Source: the human T2T-CHM13v2.0 reference genome, Homo sapiens
Length of the DNA: 64,000 nt
NCBI RefSeq assembly: GCF_009914755.1
Contig: NC_060926.1
Reading direction: 5' to 3' (one strand)
Numbering within the stretch: the stretch's first letter is position 1; every line of letters begins with the position of its first letter. Below are positions 12,861 through 24,681 of this stretch, in pieces. The translations under genes and the position numbers were made by a program. The notes under the pieces were generated by a model. It saw only the letters and a list, made by a program, of their open reading frames with translations. It searched no databases and was not told the origin of the DNA.

Positions 12861-15199
12861 TCCTGTATCATCCTGTCTTCAAGTGCCTCTTCAAACTCAC
12901 ATGATAGAAACATATTTGTTTTACTGTAAAAATATAACTTGATTTTTTGATAACATAAAAATTTTGATTTTCATAGATAAGTAATTTACATATATTTATC
13001 TATTTTTGGTTTTAGCCATAGATAAGCAATTTAGACACTCTGTTATGCAATTCATTTCTAATAACATCTACAGAATATTTTTTTAAATCATGAAAGTCAT
13101 TTAGAGGAATGATACTGTTGTTAAATAACAGTATCTAAAATAATATCTAAAATAATAATAATTTTAGATATGCCAATAAGGTGATACATTTTATCCTTAG
13201 ACAATATATGATGGGGTTTTAAAATGACATTTCGATAAGAACTTTACTTTTCTGGTCATTTTGGAACCATTTCTAAAGTTCACCCTCCAAAAGGACCTTG
13301 TAAGCAATTCTTACACAAACATATTAAACCTGACCTCAAATGCCCTGACCTACTTCCCATACTTCCTGACTAGAAGAGTAGGATAGTTGTGCTCTGATGA
13401 CCAATACATTATAATGGACTTAAGAAACTATTCTGTCCCAAATCTGCCCCCTGCCTTCCTATGTTTGTTGACTGAGTGATTATTAATTTAAAAACCCCAT
13501 GAGAATTGTGCTTCATCATTTCTTATTCCTGGTTTTCTCAACTGATTAAATAATGTGACTCCCCTATGGAGGAGAATGATAAGTCTGTTTCAGCTCTTTG
13601 CCCAGCAATTAATAACAGCAGGAGATCATTGGATTCAAATAAACTTTAGATTTTAAATGACATTTTATTTAGGCCAGGGGACCAGGTAACATTATTTTTA
13701 GGAGGAGAGCAAAAGGTGTTATATTACTGCTTCTAATTACCTAGAAGGAAAGCATTTGCTACACTGCCATTATGATTGGCTGCAGCAGTTCAACCTGGCT
13801 CTCGGCATGATCCCTGGATGGAGAGGTCAGACTGTTTTTGCAATAGCCAACAGGGGGGATGATGGTACATTTAGGCATTAGATCTTTGGCTGGGGAAAGG
13901 GATGAATTTTGTACATCAAGATAATTGCTTTGGTCATCTGTAAGTCACTTTAGCCATTGAGTCTTCTGACATTTATGCCCAACTAATCACGTCTTTATAT
14001 TGCTCAGTCTCTTTTTAAGCTAATATCCTGTAGGAAGGGACGTTCCTAATCCTGTCCAACTCTCTGAGGGTTAAGATTTTAATATAAGCAATGATGTCAA
14101 GGAATTAAGAAAAAGGTTTGTGTTGTGCTAGAATTTAAATAAACTGGATGCTTGCACACCATTCCCCATCTTCCTATTTCTTCATGCTCAGGTTTCACAA
14201 AGAAATATAAACAAGTTTTATGTGGGAGGCTGGATTTTATGCATGTCATACCAAATGTTGCAGCTGAGGCATTCACTAATCAATCAGATCTCCATTCCTC
14301 ACCTGCCAAATCCTCTCTCCCTACAAATGAACATTCTCTGGTGAATTCATTCTGAATGTTCCTGAACTTAGGCCGGCAATCCTTATGAAATTTGTTGCAG
14401 CTGCAAAAATGTGTCCCAATATGGAAATAAAATCCCAAAATAGTCCTCTGAATCAGAGTTGGCCATTTATAGGACTTTCTCTTCCCTGCTAGGCACCATG
14501 GAATGTTGAGTGAGGAAGTGAAAGCATCAGTTAGCCCCTAAGTTTGTATCTGCATAACACCAAATAGTTTGGGAAGCTGGTTATAATTATTGCACTTTTG
14601 TATAATAGTATATGTTGGAATTGACTGGTCATTTTGAATAATGCACTTGAACATTTGTGTTTTGGTTTTTCAAAAATTAAGCAGGAATAAGAACATGCTT
14701 TTGCTTACAGATTGCCTTCCACATGGATTACCAATTTATGTGACCATTTAAAAATACATAGGGAGCAATCTAAGGTCACTTTAATCACATTTTAAACAGT
14801 GCAATAGTTTTAGTAACTTGAAATAGCTTGCATTTGAAGCTGATTAACAGATCAGTGTCAAAGTTTGAATATCCTGAAGGGATAGAAATTAACCCATTTA
14901 GTAATGTGCACTGATAAAATGTTCTTAATGGACTAACAAACTTTCAATAAATTTCAATATTTTTGTTCAGCAAGAAAAGATATAATGGATCAGAGTTCAT
15001 AATTTTAAAATTGTACTTGAATTGAAAAATAACATTTCTTAACTAGAACTTGACTGATCAGAATCTTAAATTGTAATGTTTTTCTTTACCCCAATTTTAT
15101 GAGATACATATGTCCCCCACAAAAAATCTAACAGTTGAAGATATTTTAATTGAAAGATATATTTCATTGTATGTTCTGATATTCTGAGGTCAATATATA

Positions 15200-16488
15200 T
15201 TCATTCCAATCATGTATAATAGATTTTTATTTAATTTTCAATTGGCAAAAGTGTTGGAATAACTAAACACAACTGAAATTTTACTGCTGGTATGTGCATT
15301 TTCTTTCTAGGCCCATTGCTTTCCCGCAGCTGCAATTAGACATGGAATAACATATACTTAATGGAAACTAGTTTTGCCATGCAAATCCACTGAAATTGCA
15401 CATTTTTTGAAAACTGTGTCGACTATTTTTTATTTATTTTTTGAGATAGGGTCTTACTGTATTGTCAGGCAGGAGTGCAGTGGTGTGATCAAGGCCTGCT
15501 GCACTCTTGACCTCCCAAGCTCAACCCATCCTCCCACCTCAGTCTCTCAAGTAGCTGGGTTTACAGGTGTGAATTACCACACCCTGCTAATTTTTAAACA
15601 TTTTTTGTAGAGGTGGGGTTTTGCCATGTTGCCCAGGCTGTATGTCCGCTCAGGATTGCTTTAAAATGTGAATCACAAGAAAGCTGTGGATATCAGTTTG
15701 TGTTAATCACAGTTTAGCAGTACTTAAGGAGACCACACCATCCCCCGCCTCCAGAAAAAAAGCAAAATGAGAGAAATTTGTTTTTAAGCCTTCTAGGAAA
15801 TGTGCCAGTGGAAAATACTTTAGATGGTTTGTAAATGCAATTGGTGACATAATTTTAAATAGAAAGACCTTTGTTCTCATTACTGTTGGCCTATGTTTAG
15901 TTTTTGGATATGGCTTCCTATACTGTCAGAGGTTTACAACTCAAACTTTGTATTTTTTCTTCCAGTGTGGAGGAATGAACGTAATTAACTTTGAACATCT
16001 TGATACAGAAAGACCTGAATCTGTGTGCAAAAGTGACTAAGTTCCCTTTATCCCCCTGGAATTCCCATGAGTTGAGGATCATCTGAATTTGAGTTGCATC
16101 CATGAACAGTTTTATCCCTTGGTTTCTTATTTGCGTGGAAGGCATTTTCATAACGAAGTACTGGTTTAGTAAAAGCAGTAAATAGGAGTCTCCATGCAAG
16201 AGAAATTGGAGTTTCCTAACATGCATGTGATTTAAAAAATAAAAATAAAAAATAAGGTGCCGTGAGATGCTGGCAGTTTTAACATTTGGAACCAAAAGTT
16301 CTTATGTATATTTACATCCTAACTGCTCAGTTTTACCTTACAAGCTTCAATTTAGGAAAATATACAGTACTTTTGCATATAATGGTACCTTGTGAGCCCC
16401 TGAGTCAAGTAGAGAGGATTTAAATAGAAAAAGGAAAACAGCCATTAAAAGCACTTACATTGTATGTGGAGTAAATAGTACAAAATGA
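15200..16488 (-). other. KCNH7: KCNH7 3' UTR (proximal part; true end not resolvable and possibly much further)
   Basis: Downstream of the TAA. The first canonical minus-strand AATAAA hexamers I found are at ~15429-15438 (Alu tail) and ~15226. Confidence 0.6.
15426..15640 (-). mobile_element. 5'-truncated old Alu (AluJ-like), sense to KCNH7
   Basis: T-rich tail then gagatagggtcttac...ggagtgcagtggtgtgatc...gtagctggg...ttgcccaggctg. Confidence 0.85.
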
Positions 16489-16755
16489 TTATTTCCCTGG
16501 AAGACCAGGATCAGAAACATGCCTATGAAGACCCACGATTCCTACAGTGCTTAGGGATGAATCTGGCAAAGAAGGATGCCTAATTGGATGAACGTAAGTT
16601 TTTCTTTGCCGCAGGTGAAGCTCTAAAGAGAGATCACTGTCTTGTTTTAAAAGTGAAGTCAAGTTGTCTTCTGAAGCTGTGTTCAGATGCACCCCACTTG
16701 AAAGGGATTCTTTGGATTTAAGTTTAGATTTTTCAAGGTCTAGAAATTCAGGACA
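16489..16755 (-). CDS. KCNH7: KCNH7 terminal coding exon ([11 protein letters not shown]...[11 protein letters not shown]-stop)
   Basis: Acceptor tttttccatcag|TGT; 88 codons plus TAA. ERG-family C-terminal RHxSDPG motif. Confidence 0.97.
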
Positions 16756-17917
16756 CTGATGGAAAAAGAACAAAACAAGTTTTTATAATTCACATTGATA
16801 GATAGTCATTGAAAATTACACTAATAAAAACTTAAGCATTTTCTTTCCTCATTAATCTATATTTGATTAGTGATATTAGCCAACATTTCCCTCCTAAAAT
16901 GAGTCAGGACGTCGGAGATTGGTTATCAGTACAGATAATCCTAAACAACCATTCCAAGAACTTTTATTTAACCCTGGAACCAGATTTTAAAAATCAGATT
17001 TAAAAAAATATATATTATTTTACATTGAGTTTTCCAGATGAATTAAATTCGAAATTTAAGACAAATTGGGATGAGGAATGGGATCACTTGATGAATAAGA
17101 GGGTATAAGGAGGAAAGAAAAGATGGGAAGATGGGAAGTAAAATCCGTCATCCCTAGTCAGATAATATTACCTAAATCCACTGAAAACAAAGAACAAAAT
17201 AGATGGTTTTACATGTTTCCCAGTCATTCAAAACTAGTTAAATTAATTTCTACTTTCAGATTTTTAGAAGTATTGCGTTATTTTCCTTCTGACACATTAC
17301 CTTCTCTTATTAGTGTAATTTCATTTTCCAGAACGTCTTAAATTAAATTCCCGAACATCTAAAAAAGTTTTATGAGATTGTTCTACAAATCTTTATTTAA
17401 ATCATTGTTCTTAGGTCCAATTTCACCATAATGTTTAACTAATTAAGACTAATTCCCAAAATAGAATTGCAAGGAAAGCTAGACTACTTACATTAACATA
17501 ATTCAAAAGGACCCCTTTGAGGGCTTCAGAAGCAGGATAAAGGACTCTTTAAATTGCTTCTCTTACCATGTTTATCATCCAAGTAAAAAAATTTAGAGAT
17601 CTCTGGTGATGGGTGGGGTACAGACAAGATTACTAGTCTGATGGCATTTGAACCTCAGGTCTAATCTGGCCAGCCTACTATTTCTCCTCCCCTTCCTTCC
17701 TGAGACCTCTCCCAGCCTTTGGCACTGTAGAAAATTACAGATTTTTCTTTGAAGCTCTTTTGGGACCCAGATTTTTCCTTAAAGCCCTTTTAAGAGCCAG
17801 GAAGACTATTCCTTAGATTTCAAAGCTCTACCACATGTAAATTTAAGCAGGTTGATTCTGGAAGAAAGGTTTTCCTTTTAAAAAAAATGCTAATGTTTAA
17901 AATTATTATTCTAGCTT

Positions 17918-18103
17918 CATTGTTCTCAAACTTTAAATGAACATAAAAATCAGCGTGGGCTTGTTTAAAATGCAGATTACAGGGCCCATTTCCAGAAATT
18001 CTATTTGAGTAGAAACAGAGATAGGGACAGAAATCTGCCTTTTCCACAGCACCCCAAGTGATTCTGATTAGGTGACCCCTGGAAACACACTGTGAGAGAC
18101 ACT
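17918..18103. mobile_element. MER5-family DNA transposon ~25 nt from the KCNH7 exon donor
   Basis: ttctcaaacttt...ttgtttaaaatgcagatt...aatctgcc...caagtgattctgat...cacactgtgagagacact. Confidence 0.65.
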
Positions 18104-18129
18104 CTTGGTTGGATGGTATCCACACTTAC

Positions 18130-18322
18130 TTGTGAGGAAGGGCTGAAACTTCGGTCAGTTTTGATGGATGCTTCCGGTTGACTGGTTCTCATCAGCTGGA
18201 TGATGGGTCTCTGATATTCTGATCCTGCTGTTACCATACTGTAGGCTGGGGGGACCACAGTGGTTTGTTTCTGCAGCAACTGTAAGATGGTCTGGATGTC
18301 AGTGGTCATTTGGGATTCAAGC
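18130..18322 (-). CDS. KCNH7: KCNH7 coding exon, 193 nt ([28 protein letters not shown]...FSPSSQ)
   Basis: Acceptor ttctgtag|, donor CAA|gtaagt; phase 2-0. End of the coiled coil and a PPAY motif. Confidence 0.96.
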
Positions 18323-20283
18323 CTACAGAACAGACAGAAGTAGGAAAAGACAGTCTAAAATAGTCCAGAATTTCAGGAGCATTTAAAAAAATTTCAGCAC
18401 TACCAAGAAACAGAATTATGGCCTTGCTTTAAACAAGAAGGACAGGAGAGGGAGCACAGAGATTCTTTCCTGACGGATACTTACTGTGTATGTCTCACTA
18501 ATTATTCTGATAAAGACTATTGCTTTCCTGTTCATATTAAGAGTTAACAGAAAATCAAATGAACAAAATAGACTACATGTTTACTAACCTTCATTGATTT
18601 CAAAATGTAAAACACACTGACAATTTATTTTTAATCAGTAATTGTCTTTGCTTTTTAATTAGGTTTTACTCAGTTTCTTGTGAACATTTTATTTGCTCTT
18701 AAAAAATAGATTGGTAGCACATTTCTTTCATAACTGTAGCATCCCAGGATAATTTCTTATGTGTTTTTACATTTATATTAACACTTTTTAACCTTACCTC
18801 TGTCCTATTCATATTAAGTATTGTATATTATTCATTGTATTCTTTCTTTAATGTTTAATGCTGTTAAATGTTAAATTCTTTTTCCCTCTTAATATGTCAT
18901 GGCCTTTGGTATGTAAGAAGCAGACCAAACTTGACTTCACTTGCTTCTAATGACCCATCTGGCCTGCAAAATACCAGTTTATTTTTTCCCTAAAGCTCAC
19001 AAGTAGCCAACTGGCCTGTTAATTTCATTCTCATTTTAAATTAAAATTTAAGGGAAAATAGCAAAATATAATTGGTCAGATTCCCCTCCTTTGCATGTGT
19101 TAACAACAGCATTAAATACAGAGGAAATTTTGTGGACATAAGAACAGAAAATTTGGACCATATGCCTCTTTAGAAAATTCTTCTAACTCTTCACTTATTT
19201 GCGCTGACTGTTTTGCCTCTGAATAAAAAATGGAAATAAAACAAAAAAAGGAAAATCATAGGATTAATTTTGCCCAATTAAATTCATGCTATATTTGTAG
19301 AATTCAAAGTAGAAATTAGCTTTTGATTTGATAGAGAACATAATAAACCTGGAAAACATGAGAAAATATCTTCTTTTTTTTTTAGTTTTTGATATTAACA
19401 CTCCAAATCTTCCTTCTAAGAATCACAATAACACATTATTCTTGCAGTTTTTCTATAGTTAGTAAATATAGCCATATAGCTTTGTGTCTTCTAAACCAAT
19501 AGCTATGAATGATACATGACTTTGCAAATGTCATTTTTGCAAATGTCAAAACCACTCTGAAAAGGGAAAAATTGAGTTATCAACTGGTTTATTTATCTAC
19601 TCTTGATACCTGAAGGTCTGATCTAATTTTTATGCTTCCAACTAAACTAAGCAGACCCATTATTTCACTGTTATGTGTTATACATATTTTTCTTTCATTT
19701 CACTCTTCAAGTCCCAGCTTATATGTTATCTGTATCCCAAAATCTTTCCTTATTTACCCCATTCAGAATTACTTTCTCCTCTGAGCCTCCAAAGAAAATT
19801 ATACATTCAGATTTATCATAAATATTTCTGTACAAATGTATTCCATTACTAACAGCATTCAGTTGTGAGTGGCTTACAACAATGTTTATTACATTGAATG
19901 TAAAAGGATTTGGGGGGAAAGACTGGAAGAAGAACTGCATCAACAAGGGAGATTCAAGATCCAAAAATGAGTCAAAAATTATCGTGATGTTTTTGTCATA
20001 TAAATCCTTTGCCAAACAGCAGCTGTCTCTGAGAAATAAAATCTCTTTATCATGGATTCTACCTATTTGAATAGTGTCTATGAGGAAAAAATCTATTGGA
20101 AGGTGAGGCTTCAGCATCCATACATCCAGTAATTGCAGCACACTGCCATGAGTGGGACTTAATTTTGTTTTATTAACTAGTTGTTAGATATCTTGGGTAG
20201 TTCAACAAAGGGCAGCAGTTTGCTGATAGGTTTTTTTATATGCATAGGGTTGTATTTCAGTGTTTTATGACAAGGGTCTGTTA

Positions 20284-20580
<297 letters not shown>

Positions 20581-21002
20581 GAGGACTCTTATACTGAGAC
20601 TAAATAGCCTGCTTTACTCAGGAGGAATTACAGAGAATTTAAAATAAATCCAGCTTGGTATTTAAAACAGAAAATAACATAGTTTTAGAACTTTTTCTTC
20701 TGTCAGCATAATTATAAAGCTGCGTGAAGTTAATATTTTCATTCATTCACTCAGAGACCCACAATGTAGCAGGCACAATGTTAGGTAGGAAGGTGAGGGA
20801 ACAACATGATAATGAATAAATATGAAATCTGATTTCACAGTGCTAACAGGAACTAACCACTTAGGAAAGACAAATGAAGGAGGTGCATAAATAACCACAA
20901 CACTAGGCAAAGCAAGTGCTCAATGCCATACTAGAGGCATGCAGATAAATTGCTCTGTGTGCAATGGAAGGAATCATTACTAACAATTTTTACATGTTCT
21001 AG

Positions 21003-21473
21003 GGCTTCCCTACTCAAAGTGTGGTTTGTTTTTTTTTTTTTTTTAGATGGAGTCTTGCTCTGTCGCCCAGGCTGGAGTGCAGTAGCATGATCTCGGCTCG
21101 CTGCAACCTCTTTCTCCCGGGTTCAAGCAATTCTCTGCCTCAGCCTCCTGAGTAGCTGGCATTACAGGCGCCCGCCACCACTCCCAGCTAATTTTTGTAT
21201 TTCAGTAGAGATGGGGGTTCACCATCTTGGCCAGGCTGGTCTCGAACTCCTGACCTTGTGATCTACCTGCCTCGGCCTTTCAAAGTGCTGGGATTACAGG
21301 TGTGAGCCACCGCGCCTGGCCAAGGTGTGGTCTTTATATCAGCAACACTGGACATTACTGGGAGCTTTTTAGAATGTGGAATCTCTGTCAACTAGACCTA
21401 TTAACTTGGAGTCTGCATTTTAATAAGACCCCCAAGTGATTCAAATACACATTGAAATGTGAGAAGCACTGGT
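21003..21473. mobile_element. MER5B-like element split by the Alu
   Basis: ctactcaaagtgtggt | ...cagcaacactggacattactgggagctt...gtctgcattttaataagacccccaagtgattc...tgagaagcactgg. Confidence 0.65.
21026..21321 (-). mobile_element. Alu (AluS-like) inserted into a MER5-like element
   Basis: Full-length antisense Alu with TSD AAAGTGTGGT (21016) / AAGGTGTGGT (21322). Confidence 0.95.
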
Positions 21474-21997
21474 CTAGAATCAAGTCTTAATGATTTACCT
21501 AAATAGATGTATCTGCAGGCATAATATATAAATACAGAATAACATTTCTTATGTAAACCTTTAACCCTATCTATAGGTTAATCAGTCATTAAAGCAGAAA
21601 AGAAGTGGTAGCAAGGACCATTCAAGATAGACCATTTTATTTGTTTTTATTGTGTTTTGTACTTAATATGTGTATTTGAATGAGACAAATGGTGTAGGAA
21701 TTCACAGTTCTACATTTGAACAAATGCCGAAGCTAAACAGGGTAGACTCCACTATAGAACGTGTCCTGGGATTCTCGCTCTGCAAAGTAGAAGTCTGAGT
21801 TGAGCTTCCCCCTTCAAATTTTTTTGTATACATGTAACTTCTAGAATAAAGTGGAGGTGAAAGGTTGTTAAAAACCGCAGTGGAGTAAAAATGTAATATT
21901 TTGGATTTTAAATCCCAAACGAGCAAAAAAAAAAAAAGTGTGAAAATATCACAGATAATTAGAAACAAATGTCAAAGGAGATATAGTATTGGTGGTA

Positions 21998-22429
21998 GTG
22001 TCATCCTAAATAATAAATAGAGGCACTCTAAAAGGAAAAGATATTTATATGGGAATACGCAACACAATGGGAATATTCATGCCATAGTAAAGTATGCACT
22101 CATTCTGAGAGGTAAAGGTGGAGATTTTTAAAGGAAAGATGAGGAGGACTACATAATTGTTTTGAAATGATTATCCTTGGCTACAAAGATCAATAACAAG
22201 GGTGACGCTGGTTCGAGATTGGACAGGCAGTTGCTGGTCAGATGTCCTTGCAGAAGTATGTTTTGTGTTAGGTTACAGTGGCTTCTGTGCAAGGTTGTGG
22301 ATCTTATAGAGTCTTTGTGATAGTTTTTGTTATCAGGCATACATCCCTCTCTTCCTGGCCCTCCCCAGCTCTATTTTTCAGGGTTTTTCTAACATTAACA
22401 ACTCCATTTTGATTTTGACTACTTTCACA
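21998..22429 (-). mobile_element. ERV1-class solo LTR (MER72-like; subfamily uncertain)
   Basis: Minus strand begins TGTGAAAGTAGTCAAAATCAAAATGGAGTTG and contains GCCTGATAAC...CAACCTTGCAC...GTAGCCAAGGATAAT, as in MER-type ERV1 LTRs. Explains ORFs 22149-22340 and 22304-22561. Confidence 0.65.
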
Positions 22430-24512
22430 GCAGCAATTCAAAACATCTTCAGGAAACACATACCGATATTGGGAACACATCAAAAGAGATTTAATTGCAT
22501 TTTGTGGAAAAGTTTTATATAGTAATAATAACATACTAATGTAATAAAATAACAACAACAATTTTTATTACTATTGGGTGATTGCACGCCAAATGGATCA
22601 TAAATGTGCCCTTAGAACAAATGTTTTAAGCAATCATTGACTTATCCTAGCAGCAATGATTGGCACCCATGACAGAGCAACCAGGTGATGCTAAAAATCT
22701 CAATTTTAGTTCTGATGAAAGGTCCAAGTCAGGAATTATACGTAGAGTAGGAGAATATACTCAAATGAACACCAGTAATAGAAGTGAAGTTCCTTGTTAA
22801 TCAATTTTTACCTATCTGCAAGTAGAACAACTTCCATTTTGTATAGCATATGTAGTTCCCATTTACATTACTTTAGTCCTTACAGTAGCATCATGGGTAG
22901 GTATGAGTCAAAGTAGGAAATGGAGGGAAATTTAAATGATTTGACCCAGTAATCCTGTAACTCATTAAGTAGCAGACTTAAGACCTTTTCCTATGCTCAC
23001 CAATTGCAAGTACAGTGATAGCATTTTGCTGAATAAATAACTGCTGCTTCTGTCATTCAGTCATTCACTTGTGTGTTCAACAACAATAAACGGCATGGAC
23101 AAAATGCACACAAAAATTTAAGCATAAATAGTGAATAAATCAGTAGTTTGTGATATAGGCAAAACTCATAGATGTGTTAAGTACAGATGAGTAAGCAAGC
23201 AGCTTGTTAAACATGGCAGAATTCATAAGATACATTAAATAGCATGCTAGTAACCTGCCAGGCATATCAACGATAGAAATATGTAACAAACAAGAGTGTT
23301 GCTTATACATAGAGATGGAAAGAACAAATTATTCTCAGGTCACCTCTAGGTAAACAACCGTCATCCCAAAATGTGGTCACCCATTGGTGATATCAGTATC
23401 ATCGCATCTTGGCTCCATGTGTGCTGTACCTACGAAAGGCTAATGAAACACATGGCTGTTGAGCTGGCTAGTTGGAAAGTCACAGCTGAGGTCAGGTATA
23501 CTATACCTTGTATCCTTGTTATGGAGCAAGTGTGTGCCACTGGCACAGGAGATTATTTTTGTCTGCAGACCTGCAAACCTCCACTCTGGTCTTGGTAACT
23601 TCGTTACATTATGGCAAATGCATGAACATTGTGTAAGTCAGAATTGGGGTAGTGCAATCCTTTTACCATGCTTGTGCGTGTTCGAAATGTGTTAATTGCC
23701 CCATATGGTTTCCCTCTTCTCTCACTTGTGTTTTAAATTGATTTAATAAATCTTGTGATTAGAGCATTTTAATTTAGTCAGTGCAGTTTTCTGTCTGGGA
23801 CCACTGGAATATCTTGCCTGGTGGTGAACTAAAAGGCTACTATTGGATCAAGACAAATTCCCAAGTGAAACACAACTAAAGCATCTGTGTCATACCCACT
23901 CATAGATTCTTTTCAATCTTTTTGACCACTTTAATTTTAAAGAAACCACGCAGACTTAGGGGAAGGGATTACCTCCTCCCTAAACTAAGATTTATTCATC
24001 ATGTTAAGTGGTTTAGATCAACGGTGAAGGAAACAAGAAACTCTGTGAGAATTTCAAGTCAATTACATTTTTTGATAAGCTGACTGAATAACTAAAAGTT
24101 TAAATCACTTTGTCAGTATTTTTTAAATGCCCTAACACATAGCTATGCTATCGGGAACATCCGAAAAAGTGTAAAAGGAGGATTAAAAGAGGAAGGGTGT
24201 CAGTTAACAAATTAATTAGGAATTATTTTGAGGGGAGAGAAGGGGGTTTTCTAAGATAGCCAGTGCTGGTGAAATACTAACTGGATGACAAAGAAAAAAA
24301 TAGGATTTTTGCTGCCAGAAGTATGAAGTGTTCTAAATAAATGCTCCTTTCAACACAAATTATTCTGTCAACTTCTAGTCTTATTTTAAATAAGTAAATG
24401 TATAAGGAAATTATGAGATCATGGCAAGGAGAATTTTCCATTTGTAAGGAGTAAAACTGGACCCATGTAAGGGGTTGGGTTATGTTCTCCTTTTGCCCAT
24501 CACTGCTTATAC

Positions 24513-24681
24513 CTGTTAAGTTGCTCCTGGAGCAGATCTAATCTTTGTTCCACTTCCCCGTAGGTGAGGTCGCTTTCGGTTTCAGAGATACCCCAGGCAG
24601 CTCGCTGAAGTGCAGATGGACTGGAGTCTTCAGGCTGGGGATGTGCATTTTCTCGTTCCCAGCTTCGCATGTCAGTGATAT
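24513..24681 (-). CDS. KCNH7: KCNH7 coding exon, 169 nt ([11 protein letters not shown]...[14 protein letters not shown])
   Basis: Acceptor ttttccacag|, donor AG|gtataa; phase 1-2. Start of the tetramerising coiled coil. Confidence 0.96.

Noticed and set aside
15918-16295. 125-aa minus-strand ORF in the KCNH7 3' UTR
   Set aside because: TTG start, low-complexity composition and no homology; treated as noise.
19515-19550. Tandem TTTGCAAATGTCA duplication
   Set aside because: Two 13-nt copies only; ordinary slippage duplication.
19719-20141. 140-aa minus-strand ORF
   Set aside because: Non-ATG start, no recognisable domain, no fitting splice sites; expected by chance in an intron.
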